Below are positions 51,573-64,000 of a stretch of DNA of 64,000 bases, in pieces. Positions within the stretch are counted from its first letter, which is position 1. The number at the start of each line of letters is the position of its first letter. This stretch comes from Malacoraja senta. Taxonomy: Eukaryota. The position numbers and the translations under genes were made by a program. The DNA is taken from NCBI GenBank assembly GCA_038087875.1, contig CM075991.1:9860001-9924000 (forward strand), read 5' to 3'. The notes below the pieces were generated by a model. It was not told where the DNA came from, did no database searches, and saw nothing but the letters and a program-made list of their open reading frames with translations.

Positions 51573-51758
51573 GTTACATCCACAACAGCAGCAGCATCTC
51601 TCCCCGGGGCTACGCTCCCACCCACTCACCGCAACAGTCAAACTACAGCACAGTCGGTGGGAACATCAATGGCTACAGCAACGTGCCAATGTCGAATCTT
51701 GGCGTGCCCAGCTCCCCGGGATTCCTGAACAGCTCTCCCGCCAGCTCACCCTATGGCA
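51573..51758 (+). CDS. ebf2: EBF2 exon, C-terminal S/P-rich region: [62 protein letters not shown]
   Basis: tctaccgggcAG acceptor, GTaagt donor; 186 bp; phase 1/1; matches EBF2 C-terminal motifs ([16 protein letters not shown], GVPxSPGFLN). Confidence 0.92.
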
Positions 51759-54700
51759 GTAAGTGTCTTGCCTCTTCAATGCAACAAGACGACAACATCT
51801 CACTAACGTATCTTCTCAATTGTTCTCTTGCTTCCAAGACAATACAATAGCTCGATGTGTTGGCAAGTTGGGGGGGGGGGGGAGGGGCGTTGTGGAGATG
51901 AAGTTAATTATCTGAATGTGGAAATAAAGACCTGCAGATGCTGGTTAATACACTAAAGTTTACAAAGTGCTGGAGTAACTCAGCAGATCGGGCAGCATCT
52001 CTGGAGGACATGGATTGGTGACGTTTCTGGTTGGGACACTTCCTCACACTGAAGAAGGGTCTCAACCCGAAACGTCACCGATCCATGTTCTCCAGAGGTG
52101 CTGCCTGATCTGCTGAGTTACTCCAGGACTTTGTGTCCTTTTCGATTACCCTAATGCCTTGATGTTACAGTCGTTTGGTTCTGTACCCAGATTTCGGAAG
52201 GGCTTTGGCGCTGGTTCTGAATAGTGGTGTTTAAAGTTGGGCTGGGACGGGGGTAGGCGGTGAGGTAGACTAGCGGGAGGCTGTGGTTTTGCATGGTGTT
52301 CTTCAACATGGGAATTATTCCCATCCCGAATCATTATCCCGTAACCCTAGCACGAGGTGGTCAGGGAAGCACCATCAGAACAATTCTCATAACCTGTGTG
52401 GAAAGGCCAGTTTCCGCGCTGTATCTCTAAAACATCACTGTACGCTGGTACACGTGACAATAAAGTACCATTGAACCATTGAGCGAGGTGACCCACTGTG
52501 CCCTTACCCAGTTGGGCTTGCTTCAAGCGCAAACTCAGAACCTGAGACTTGACTAGCTCTTTAGAAGATAGACACAAAATGCTGGAGTAACTCAGCGGGA
52601 CAGGCAGCATCTCTGGAGAGAAGGCATGGGTGACGTTTTGGGTCGAGACCCTTCTTCAGATCTTCATACAATCTACGTACTGTCCTCAGTAATCACTCTT
52701 AATTCAAAATGTTCACAAATTCTAGGCGCAGAATCAGGCCATTCAGCCCATCAGGTCTACTTTGCCATTCAATCATGGCTGATCTATCTTTCCCTCTCAA
52801 CCCTTCTCTTGCCTTCTCCCCATAACCCCTGACTCCCGTACTAATCAAGAATCTGTCGATCTCTGCCTTAACAACGTCCATTGGCTTGGCCTGCACAGCC
52901 ATCTGTGATACTTTTAACACATTTGCTTTTTCAGCTTGCTCGCATTATAACTTGGTCTTACAATTATAGATACTGTTTAATCCAAAGTTATGTTTTCCTG
53001 TGTGTTTTTTATAGTTTAATGAAGCTGTAGTAGATGACAGAGCTGCCTGATGCTTCATATTCTCTAGGGGATGAGTCACTTTTAAAGTTTGCAATGCTGC
53101 CATCATTTGTTCGATTACTAAATAATGTAATGTCTCTGTTTAACTGTTTATTGTAGAGTAACACAATGTACAAGACTGGTCTTTTTACTCTCCCAAACAT
53201 GGTGTCTAACTGGGTGCACAAACTAGTTAGTGTATAACTGGTGTATATATGATTGGGTATATAGTTCTTATATCAAAGAAAGCTTAATAAATTCATTCTC
53301 CATCAACTGCACTAAAAGAATATGTAATATGTACGGCATCACTTTCAATGTTGCATTCCTTTAACATCTATGGAACTGATTTAGAAATCAGGAGGAGAAA
53401 AGGTGGGTAGGAGATAGCTCTGGCGGATAATATTACGGGATAATATGGGGTGGCACGGTGGCGCAGCAGTAGAGCAGCTACCTCACAGCGCCAGAGACCC
53501 GGGTTCGATCCTGACTACGGGTGCTGTCTGTGCGGAGTTTGTACGTTCTCCCTGTGACTGCGTGGGTTTTCTCCGGGTGCTCCGGTTTCCTCTCACGTTC
53601 CCAAGGGGCACGGGTTTGTAGATTAATTGGTTCGAGCAGCTTGCCCCTAGTGTGTCGGACATGGAACTACTGTGACCAGGTGATCGACGGTTGGTGTTGA
53701 CGCGGTGGGTCAAAGGGTCTTTTACACGCTGTACGTTTAAACGCTCAACTAAACTGAACTCCAAACTCTATAATACTTAAAACCAATTTCTACTGTGTTA
53801 CTGGGTATAACACAAGTGTAGGAGTTATATTATGGCACACTTTGCATTACTCCTTACACTGTTGCTGTATGCTTATGATATATAATACCTTTCAGCTGTA
53901 TGTCTACCAACTTTGCTTCTTCTGCATGAATAACTTGCTGTAATTAATGCCATCATTGAACAAAAATGTATAATATAGAGGATCAGACTGTAATTATAAT
54001 GCTGAACTAGTGGTGGCATTGTAGCTCTCCACCTTACATTGTAATCCAGCCTACTGGCAAGAAATTATCTTGTTGTCTCTTTATCCTGTGTAATTAGTAA
54101 GGCCCTAACTAAATTAAGATATTGCAGAAATAGTCAGATCCATATCCAAGCTTTGGCACAAGGATATGCAGGGAATGCAAGAGAGATGGCTCTTAAAAAT
54201 AGCGGAGTCAGGGGATATGGGGAGAAGGCAGGAACGGGGTACTGATTGGGGATGATCAGCCATGATCACATTGAATGCGGTGCTGGCTCGAAGGGCCCGA
54301 ATGGCCTACTCCTGCACCTATTGTCTATTGTCTATTGTCTATTGAATGGAGTCATATGGATGAAGTGCAAGTGGATGAAAGATGGTCTTGGCATCAAGTT
54401 TGGCATCACGGACATTGTGGGCCTGTTCTTGTCCAGTACTCTTCTATGTTCTGTATTCTATGTTCTATGCTCCATGCACAATTTTGCGTCCTGCTGCAAT
54501 GAGCCAGATTATTCCCCTCTCCCCTGCTTCCATCTTTTCCCATCCCTGTTCCCGGATCAACCATTCCAGTGATTTGCCATCCACCTCGTCAATCCCAGAT
54601 CCCAGGCTCACCACCGTTCCTGCACCAGGGACGTGGGTTCGATCCTGACCTCGGGTGCTGTCCGTGTGAAGTTTGCACCTTCTCCCTGTGTGACCGCGGG

Positions 54701-57700
54701 GGTTTCCTCCAGGTGCTCCGGGCTTCCTCCCACATCCCAAAGACGTGCGGGTTTGTGGGTTAATAGTCTTCTGTAAATTGCTCTTCGTGAATGTGAAAGT
54801 TGGATAACTTACAACTTGTGTGAACGATGTGATCGATGACCATTGTGATCCTGCTGGGCCGATGGGCCTGTTTCCATGCCTTATTTTTCAAGCAATCCCA
54901 TGCTCCCAACTAATTACTTCCCAGGATTGGAAGAATGAGTTGCGGTGCACCAAGGCATGCATATTTATTTTAGTTTAGGTTAGAGATACAGCACGGAAAC
55001 AGGCCCTTCGGCCCATCGAATCCGCACTGACCAGCGATCCCTGTACACTCGCACTATCCTACACACTAGGGGCAATTTACAATTTTTACCGAAGCTAATT
55101 AACCTGCAAACCTGCACGTCTTTGGAGTGTGGGAGGAAACCGGAGCACCCGGAGAAAACCCACGCTGTCTCATGTCGTCCATACAAACTCCGTACAGACA
55201 CCGCCCGTAGTCAGGATCCAACCTGGGACTCTGGCGCTGTGAGGCAGCAACTCTAATGGTATATTGAAAAACCGTGATGGCTACTGAACAAAATATTTGC
55301 CACGGACACAACTTACTGGCATAAATGACCTGCTTTAAAAAATATTTATTTGCCCCCCCCCCCCCCCCGTCCCAGAAACTAACATTTCTCTTGTCTGCCA
55401 CCTGGCCATAATTGTTCCAAAGTTCCTGCACAAATTAGTCAGGGCCTCAAGAGTGAAGAGATTATATGAAGAAAAGAATGGAATATATAACTTTAAAATA
55501 TGCGTTGAATTTGCATTCCTGATTATTCAATGGTTTTTCTATCCTCTAACCTATTCCACCTGCCCTGTGGGAGAGCAGTAATAGATTATATTTATGATTA
55601 TATGTCAGTGAAGTGCTTGATAGCTTCAAGCTCTGCGCAAGTGAGACACATTAACGCAAATAGAAGTGTTATTTTTTAAATTATTTACAATTCTTCCAAG
55701 AGTCATGCAGCTCAGAAACAGTGGCGCGCAGCTGGTCGAGCTGCTGCCTGGCATCGGGTTCAGTCTTGACCTCGGATGCTGTCTGTGCGGAGTTTGCACG
55801 TTTTCGTAAGTTCATCAGTTATCGGAGCAGAATTAGGTCATTCAGCCCATCGACTCTGCTCCGCCATTCAATCATGGCTGATCTATCTTTCCCTGTCAAC
55901 ACCATTCTCCTGCCTTCTCCCCATATCCCCTGACATCCTTTTTAACCTGGAGAAACTCAGCGGGTGCAGCAGCGAAGGAAATAGGCAACGTTTCGGGCCG
56001 AAAAGCCTTCTTCAGACTGATGGGGGGTGGGGAGAAGCTTCTGCCCACCCCTTCTCCCTTCTCCCCACCCTCCACCCTGCATCAGTCTGAAGAAGGGTTT
56101 CGGCCCGAAACGTTGCCTATTTCCTTCGCTCCATAGATGCTGCTGCACCCGCTGAGTTTCTCCAGCAATTTTGTGTACCTTCGATTTTCCAGCATCTGCA
56201 GTTCCTTCTTAAACACTTCTTATCCATTTTAACCTGTTTTCTCTGTGGTTTCCTTCTGGTGCTCCAGTTTCATTCCCACATCTGAAAGCTGTGTGGGTTT
56301 ACAGGTTAATTGGGTCCGTAAATAACTCTTAGTGTGCAGGGAGTGGATGAGAAAGTTTAATAACATAGAACTAATGCAAACAGGTGATCAATGTCCGGAG
56401 ATAGACACAAAATGCTGGAGTAACTCAGCGGGACAGGCAGATTCTATTGATAGAAGGAATGGGTGACATTTCTGTTCGAGACCCTTCTTCAGACTGAGAG
56501 TCAAGGACGAGGGAGACACAGTGATAAGGAAGGGTGAAATGGTTGGTGTGGACTCGGTGGGCTGAAGGGCCTGATTCTGTGCTGTATCCCTAAACTAAAC
56601 TAAAGGACCTTCTGCCCACCATGTCCATGTCATCAACCATCAAATTCCCTTCTTTATTAATCCAATTTATCAGCACTTGATCCATATGCTTTTTTGCCTT
56701 GGAAACTCGTGCTCATCTTGATACTTCCTCAATGTTGTGAAAGTCACCATCAACAGCACCTACTCACGGAGTGAGTTTCAGATTCCAATAACTGAGGGAT
56801 GAAAAAAAGTCTTCCTCAATTTCCCTCTAAACCTCTTATCCTTTACCTGAACCCAAGTCCTCTGATTATGGACAACCCTGCTATTGGGAGAAGTTCCTTA
56901 TTACCTGTTCTATACATGGCCCTTATAATTTTGTAGAACCCCCTCAGCCTTCTCTACTCCAGCAAAAATGAACACAACTGATTCATAAGTTCTTGAAGCA
57001 GAATTTAGGTCATTCGGCCCATCAATTCCACTCTGCCATTCAATCATGGCTGAACTATCTTTCCCTCTCAATACCATTCTCCTGCCTTCTCCCCTTAACC
57101 CCAGACATCCCTGATGCAATCTCGCCTCGTAAATGAAACACTCTATCCAAGGCTAAATTTCCTCAGCACCCTCTCCAACGCATCCAGATCCTTCCTATAG
57201 TGTAGTGAGCAAAACTACATACAATACTCCAGCTGTGGCCAAACCAAAGTTGTATTAGGTTGTAAGATGTTTTGATGCTGTAGCATTATTATTCTTTTAT
57301 CAATAGTTTAGTTTTTATCGATAGTTTAAAGAGACAATACAAAAGACCATTTCAGGCCAACGAAAATGTTCTTAAGACTGCCTACATACTAAGAATATCA
57401 AACAAACCTGCAGATGTTGGAACTCTAGAATATAAGATAAAATAATCTGGAAACATTCAGCAGGTCAGGCAGCATCTATGTAACACAGACAAAGAAGCAG
57501 AATATACTTGTAACTACTTCACCCCATTAACCTACCAGTGTTCTACCTTTCCCCCCCTCTCTTCTTTGCTACTCCAACATCTAACTTGTTTTGTTCCCTC
57601 TTTGTGGACTTGAAATATGAACTCATTATCTTTTCAGAGATGCTACCTGACCTGCTGAGTCTTCCCAGCATTTTTTTTTCCATTCATTGCAAACTACATT

Positions 57701-58241
57701 GTTTTACCATCTTCTCCTTCTCATCTGTTTAGTTTAGAGAAACAGTGTGGAAACAGGCCCTTCGGCCCATCTGCTTCAAGCTATGAATGGATCATTCAAT
57801 AGCCTGACAGGGAAGCATAATTGAGAAGTTAAAGTTGTGATGCTAATTGAATTCAAAGTTTAACAAAGGATTGTGTTAAAGAGTTGTGACTTTGTTGATC
57901 CTCGAAAACAACCTGTCAGCTATTGAAATATCAACTCGGTAGATCATAGGTCAATGGGCGAGTCTGCTTTTGAAACCCTGAGTGACTGCCTGTGACGTTC
58001 AATCCCAAAGACATGCTGGTGGGTTAATTGGCTGCTGTTAATTACCCTTAGTATAGTTAAGTGGCAAAAAGAAAATCAAAGGGGAGTTGATGAGTGTGTG
58101 TGAGTGTGTGGAAGTTGATGAGCATGTGTGTAATTTTTAGGATACAGGGAAATAAGTAATGGGAGGGGGTATAGGATTGATGGGTTGATGGTATGGGCTG
58201 AATAGTGTTATTCTGTGCTGGATAAGCTATCTGTAGACGCC

Positions 58242-58274
<33 letters not shown>

Positions 58275-58401
58275 ATGTGTATATATATACACACACACAA
58301 ATGTTTGTATATGTGTATATATAATATATATATATGTGTGTGTGTGTTTGTGCATATATATATATATGTGTGTGTGTATATTATGTGTGTGTATGTGTAT
58401 G

Positions 58402-58490
<89 letters not shown>

Positions 58491-58511
58491 ATGTGTATGT
58501 ATGTATATATA
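58242..58511. repeat. Compound (TA)n/(TG)n microsatellite
   Basis: Alternating purine-pyrimidine tract abutting the 5' end of an L2 fragment. Confidence 0.97.
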
Positions 58512-59049
58512 CAATCAATTCCAGCAGCATCAAACGACTCCAACTGGTCCAGAATGCAGCCGCTCGACTCATTACCCACACCAAATCCTGGCACCACATC
58601 ACCCCAGTTCTCAAAGAACTTCACTGGCTTCCCATTTCCCACCGGATCACCTACAAAATCCTGGTCCTCACCTACAAAGCCCTCAACAACCTGGCCCCCC
58701 CTTATCTCATTGACCTCCTCTCCCCCTACCAACCCTCACGGTCCCTCAGATCCACATCAGCTGGTCTCCTCTCCACTCCGAATTCAAACCTCTGCACTTT
58801 TGGAGGCAGAGCCTTCTCCAGGGCAGCTCCCAGGCTCTGGAATTCCCTCCCACAACCGGTCCGAAATTCTGAGTCCCTCACCATCTTCCAGTCCCGCCTC
58901 AAGACCCATCTCTTCACCTCTGCATACCCTTAGTCCCATGTTCCCCTCCCCTCTGTCTTACTGCTCTATTTTGTTTTGTTTATTCCTGACTCTCAATTGT
59001 AAAGCGACTTTGAGTCCTGAAAAGCGCTATATAAAATAAATCTATTATA
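58512..59049 (+). mobile_element. L2-clade LINE 3' fragment
   Basis: [35 protein letters not shown]...[17 protein letters not shown]...LKTHLF*; tail GTAAAGCGACTTTGAG...GAAAAGCGCTATATAAA. Confidence 0.88.
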
Positions 59050-61012
59050 AGCTGTAATGCCTACATAGCTTATCTATGGTGCCTATTTAAAGCTGAAAGT
59101 AATGAGATATAGAAGATAATTCTAGAGCGTTCTCCCATCCCATTCTGCATGCCTCAAACACGGATAGTTCTGCTATAACACAAATTTGTGTTCTTAATAA
59201 ACACTGTGTTATAGAAAATCACGCTATAAAAACAATTGTGTCAATGGGGAGAAGGGGGTTTAACGGTTGGAGAGTTTCAGACTCACAATAATAGTGATTT
59301 TTCCTGCTGGATTGTTAAAAGTCGAGGTCTTTTTTATTTCTGTGAGTTTATTTTTGTTACTGGAAGCTAAAGTTACTGAAGCTGTACGTTACATTGTTCA
59401 TTAGAGTATCATTGCACGTGTCAATGGAAGTGATTGCTTGTCAGTTTCAATGGCCACCCGTGGTTAATGTAGCAGATGTGTCCTTAAGAGACAATGGTGC
59501 CCGATTGCTGGAGGGAAGTTACAAGGAAACTGTTTTTTTCCGAGACAGCATTTTTTCTGATTGTCAGTTTCCCAAGCAGCATTTAATTGGTTCCCAAGTT
59601 CCAGATCAATATTACACCATAATCAATTTGTTATAGTTTTAGTATTCGTTTTAGAGATACAGCACGGAACAGGCCCTTCGGCCCACCGAGTCCGCACCGA
59701 CCAACAATCCCCGCACATTAACATTATCCTACACACAAATTACATTTATAGCAAGACAAACTTGTACGTCTTTGGAGTGTGGGAGGAAACCAAAGATCTC
59801 GGAGAAAGCCCACGTGGAGAACGTACAAACTCAGTACAGACAGCACCCGTGGTCAGGATCGAACCTGGGTCCCTGGCGCTGTAAGGCAGCAACTCTACCG
59901 CTGCACCACCATGCTCATGTAATACAGATAGTGTTCCCTAGTTCATCAATCACGCCAAATCCAATTCACTTTATGGAAATACGTGTTAAAGGAGACCTAT
60001 CTGAACTTCATTTGCCTGAACTGACAATTTACCCTTTAAGCATTGAACACTGTTTAATGTACTAGTTTATGGGACATTGCCAACAGCAGCAAGACCAATG
60101 TTCATTGCCTGTCCATTGTGGCCCCTGAGCTGAATAGTTTGCTGAGCCAAAGTCAAGAGTCATCCACCCACCCTAGTGTATGGACCAGACCAGATGGAGG
60201 AGATTAGTCAACCTGATGGGTTTGTTTGACATTCCAATATTTTCATGCTTGCAGTTACTTAGACATTTTTCTTTGTTTCGGATTTAGTTAGTAACTTGAA
60301 TTTAAATCCCCCTCCCAATGTCATAGGCATGAACTATGGGATGAGGATGAGATCACTTGGCAGGGAGTTCGTCACCGTCAAAAGACATTTGAACAGATAT
60401 TTGAATAGGAAGAGTTTAGAAGACTAGGGGTCAAATGCAGGCAAATGGAAACAGCCCAGAATGCTAACTTGGCCAGCATGGACAAGTTGGGCCGAAGGGC
60501 CTGTTATCATTGCTGGATACCTCTGACTCAAAGTCAGAAACATAATGCTGGAGTAACTCAGCAGGACAGGCAGCATCTCTGGAGAGAAGGAATGGGTGAC
60601 GTTTCGGGTCGAGACCCTTCTTCAGACTCTAAGTGCCTTATCAGAATCTGGAATTATTGCTTTCCATGTTGGGAGCTGTATCCTCTCAATCTCCAGCTCA
60701 AGTCATGAGGGCTACAACATCTTGCATTTGTATGGGTGCCTTAAGATCGTTCCAAAAATCCCAATGTTTTTTATAACCAAGCCGTAATTGGACAGAAACT
60801 GATGCAGTCGGAGAAAACCCACGCAGGTCACGGGGAGAGCGTACAAACTCCACACAGACAGCACTGATAGTCAGGATTGAACCTGGGTCCCTGGCGTTGT
60901 AAGGCAGCAACTCTACCGCTGCGCCACCGTGTCACCCCTTTGAGAGAGGAACAGGGTTAACATTTTAAAATGCATTTCCAATGCATGATGCAATATGATG
61001 AACTATATGATG

Positions 61013-61462
61013 ATAACCCTGATCTCCCGGTGGCTCAGCACTTCAACTCCCCCTCCCATTCCGAATCCGACCTTTCTGTCCTGGGCCTCCTCCATGGCCA
61101 GAGTGAGCACCACCGGAAATTGGAGGAGCAGCACCTCATATTCCGCTTGGGCAGTCTGCACCCCAGCGGCATGAACATTGACTTCTCCAATTTCCGGTAG
61201 CCCTTGCTGTCTCCTCCCCTTCTCAGCTCTCCCTCAGCCCATGGGCTTCTCCTCTTCCTTTCTCCTTTCTCCTTTCTCCTTTCTTCTCCCCGCCCCCCCC
61301 CCCCCCCTCCACCCTACATCAGTCTGAAGAAGGGTTTCGGCCCCACCCTACATCAGTCTGAAGAAGGGTTCCTTCGCTCCATAGATGCTGCTGCACCCGC
61401 TGAGTTTCTCCAGCATTTTTGTCTACCTTCGATTTTCTAGCATCTGCAGTTCCTTCTTAAAC
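61013..61462 (+). mobile_element. Penelope-like element 3' fragment (GIY-YIG C-terminus plus pLTR)
   Basis: NPDLPVAQHFNSPSHSESDLSVLGLLHGQSEHHRKLEEQHLIFRLGSLHPSGMNIDFSNFR*, then a pLTR with an internal duplication of CCCTACATCAGTCTGAAGAAGGGTT. Confidence 0.85.
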
Positions 61463-62758
61463 AGCATGTTGCAATATGGTGGCTAGTTGTATTTTCAACT
61501 GGGTAGAACCTTTGCCAAATAGTGATCATTTTGTTATGAGTTTAAATTATAAACTCAGAACAAAATGGTGGCTAGGTGTATTTTAAAATGTATCAAATAT
61601 TTGAAAAATATTGATCTGCAATGGTAGCATGTTTTAATTGATAGAGTATAGTACACAAACATACCCTTTGGCCCACTCATGCCAAACAATTCAGTACCTA
61701 TTTAACACTAGGCACATTTTAATCTCCTCGCATTCCCTTCAACTCTCCAAGATTCTACCACTCACCTGCATACGAGGAGCAAGTTACAGTGACCAATTAA
61801 CCCCCCAATCCCTGTATATTTGCGGTGTGGGAAGAAAGCAGAGCATCCAGTGGGGATCCATGCACTCACAGGGGGCGGCACGGTGGCGCAGCGGTAGAGT
61901 TGCTGCCTTACAGCGCCAGCTTCCATCCTGACTACGGGTGCTTGCCTGAACGGAGTTTGTACGTTCTCCCTGTGACTGCGTGGGTTTTCACCGGGTCCTC
62001 CAGGTTTCCTTCCACGTTCCAAAGAGGAGCAGGTTTGCAGGTTTCTGTAAGTTGTCTTTAGTGTGTGTAGGATATGAATGGTCATTGGCCGGTGCAGACT
62101 CGGTGGGCCGAAGGGCCTGTTTCCACACTGTATCTATCACTGCAAACTCCACACAGACATCACTGGAGGTCATGATCGAACCTGGGTCCCTTCCGCTATG
62201 AGGCAGCAGCTCCACTAATTGTGCCACTGCATGACCAGCGAACTCAAATATACTGGGCGTACGTTTCAATTGTGTAAAAAATGTCCCAAATACTGATCTG
62301 CAAAGATATTGATGCCTTAAATGATAAATTCACAGCAAAATGCTGTTTAGGATTTAGGTTTTGGTTTAGTTTCATCATTGTTGCATGTACCAAATGTATT
62401 ATCACAGGTACAGTATAAACCTTTGTTGTGCATGCTATCCACACAATAAAATATGCCGCACATTAATACCACCAACCTAAGCTCAAATATAATAGATATA
62501 GCAAAGGGGAAGAGCAGTGCAGAATATGGTACAGTGCACAATATGGTATGAACATCGTGCAGAATATGGTATATTTTTTAAAAGAAAAGGAAAAAAACAC
62601 CTGCCAAATAATGCCCTTAAGAGGTAGTGTCCCTTTAAATTATAAATGCACAAAAAATCACTCGGCGCACATCCAATACTCCACTTCTGCAGGAGATGAT
62701 GGGACTATATGTCTAAGACAGAGCTGTTCTTTCTCCTTTTTGTTTTATTTTCTTGCAG

Positions 62759-62941
62759 TTATGCCTCCCAGCCCGACCGTGGCCTCAGCTGTCCCTCTGT
62801 CCTGCAGCACCTCTGCCATACTTCCCTTCTCATCTTCTGTCTTCCCCGCAGTGAAACAAAAGAGCGCGTTTGCACCGGTGATCCGACCCCAAGATTCCCC
62901 TTCCCCAGCCTGCACCAGTGGCAACGGAGGTGGATTCCGAG
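62759..62941 (+). CDS. ebf2: EBF2 penultimate coding exon: [61 protein letters not shown]
   Basis: Long polypyrimidine tract plus ttgcAG acceptor, GTgaga donor; 183 bp; [25 protein letters not shown] is the EBF2 motif. No terminal exon found before the window end. Confidence 0.93.
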
Positions 62942-63337
62942 GTGAGACGGCGTTTTGGCTGAATTGAACTGGTGCGTTGAGAGGCGCGTGGGCCAGGTTG
63001 AGACGTGGTCGTGTAGGAGGGACGGAGCGGGGGGGGGTTTGGGGGCTGGGGGCGGGGGGACGGAGCGGGGGGCACGGGAAGGTGAACCCGTCACAGTGAT
63101 GCCACCATCAAGTACCCATTGTACGCCAGCAGCAATTGAATCTGCCCACATTCCCCTGAACCCCACCTCACCACTCCTCCCACTCACCTGCACACTAGGG
63201 CTAACCTACAGTGACCAGTTCGAGAATAGCGATCAAAAATATGCAGGATAGATGTGACACAGAGGTAGAATTCTCCCTGTGGCTGCCTGGGTGCTCTGGT
63301 TTCCTCCCACATTCCAGAGACGTGCAGGTTTGTAGAT

Positions 63338-63847
63338 CAGGGGTGGGGAACCTGCGGCCTTAAGGCTGCATGCGGCCTTCTAGGCCATTAAGTGCGGCCT
63401 TTTGAATGAATCCAAATTTTGTAGAACAAATCTTTTTATTATTATTAATATGTTTTTGTTCATCTTTTATTATTATTTTTTTTTTATAATAATATTTTTA
63501 TTAGAAGCATGTACATGTCATAATCAAAACACATTTTGTATATCAATTACATATTGTTAATAGATGGGATTCCAACTATCAAAGTAATAGGGGTCCTCAT
63601 TTATCGATTATTTTTATTTTAAACATAAAATGAACGTATTTAAAGTAGCAAAGAATAAAAGAAGATTCAACGAAATAATCCTCCCCGACTGACGGCCACA
63701 ATTAAAACATTAGTAAGTCATGAGGGCTATTTTTAACAAAATAATGTACATTTTGAAGTATATCTAATTGAAGTATCTTGGATGCGGCCTTATTAGATTA
63801 CAGCTAACTTAATGCGGCATTCCAACATTAAAGGTTGCCCACCCCTG
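63338..63847. mobile_element. hAT (Charlie-like) MITE inserted in a V-SINE
   Basis: TIRs CAGGGGTGGGGAACCT / AGGTTGCCCACCCCTG; 8-bp TSD TTGTAGAT (63330-63337, 63848-63855); subterminal TGCGGCC repeats; AT-rich interior. Confidence 0.88.
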
Positions 63848-64000
63848 TTGTAGATTAATTGCCTTCTGTAAATTGTCCCTGGAGTGTAGGATTGGGTGAT
63901 CGCTGGTCGGCATGGACTGAGAGGGTCAAAGGGCCTGTTCTACCGCGCTGTATCTCTCAACTAAACTACACGAGGAATCATTTACAGCAACCAATTAACC

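Noticed and set aside
58215..59039. Long YI/CV-rich ORFs
   Set aside because: (TA)n/(TG)n microsatellite read into an L2 fragment; not a host gene.
62945..63085. G-rich tract after the last exon as a G-quadruplex regulator
   Set aside because: Long poly-G/poly-C runs recur throughout the window and are error-prone; no specific support.

Overview
Eukaryotic genomic DNA, most likely from a cartilaginous fish (skate/ray-like, inferred from HE1-type V-SINEs and HER1/CR1 LINEs). The window lies inside one + strand gene, the COE-family transcription factor EBF2. Seven coding exons are readable with canonical AG/GT sites (2473-2554, 6678-6795, 20812-20942, 23811-23937, 46862-46950, 51573-51758, 62759-62941). 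They cover the end of the DNA-binding domain, the IPT/TIG domain, HLH helix 1 and the C-terminal S/P-rich region. The exons for the duplicated HLH helices are absent and probably fall in the 200-N gap at 50404-50603. The introns are packed with nested repeats: V-SINEs, CR1, L2 and Rex1/Babar LINE fragments, hAT and Harbinger-like MITEs, an RTE-like short element, and Penelope-like elements (GIY-YIG fragments plus about 20 pseudo-LTR pieces carrying minimal hammerhead-ribozyme cores). Most ORFs in the supplied track are repeat-derived or spurious. Repeat boundaries are approximate unless a TSD/TIR is quoted. All family names come from motif recognition, not database searches.
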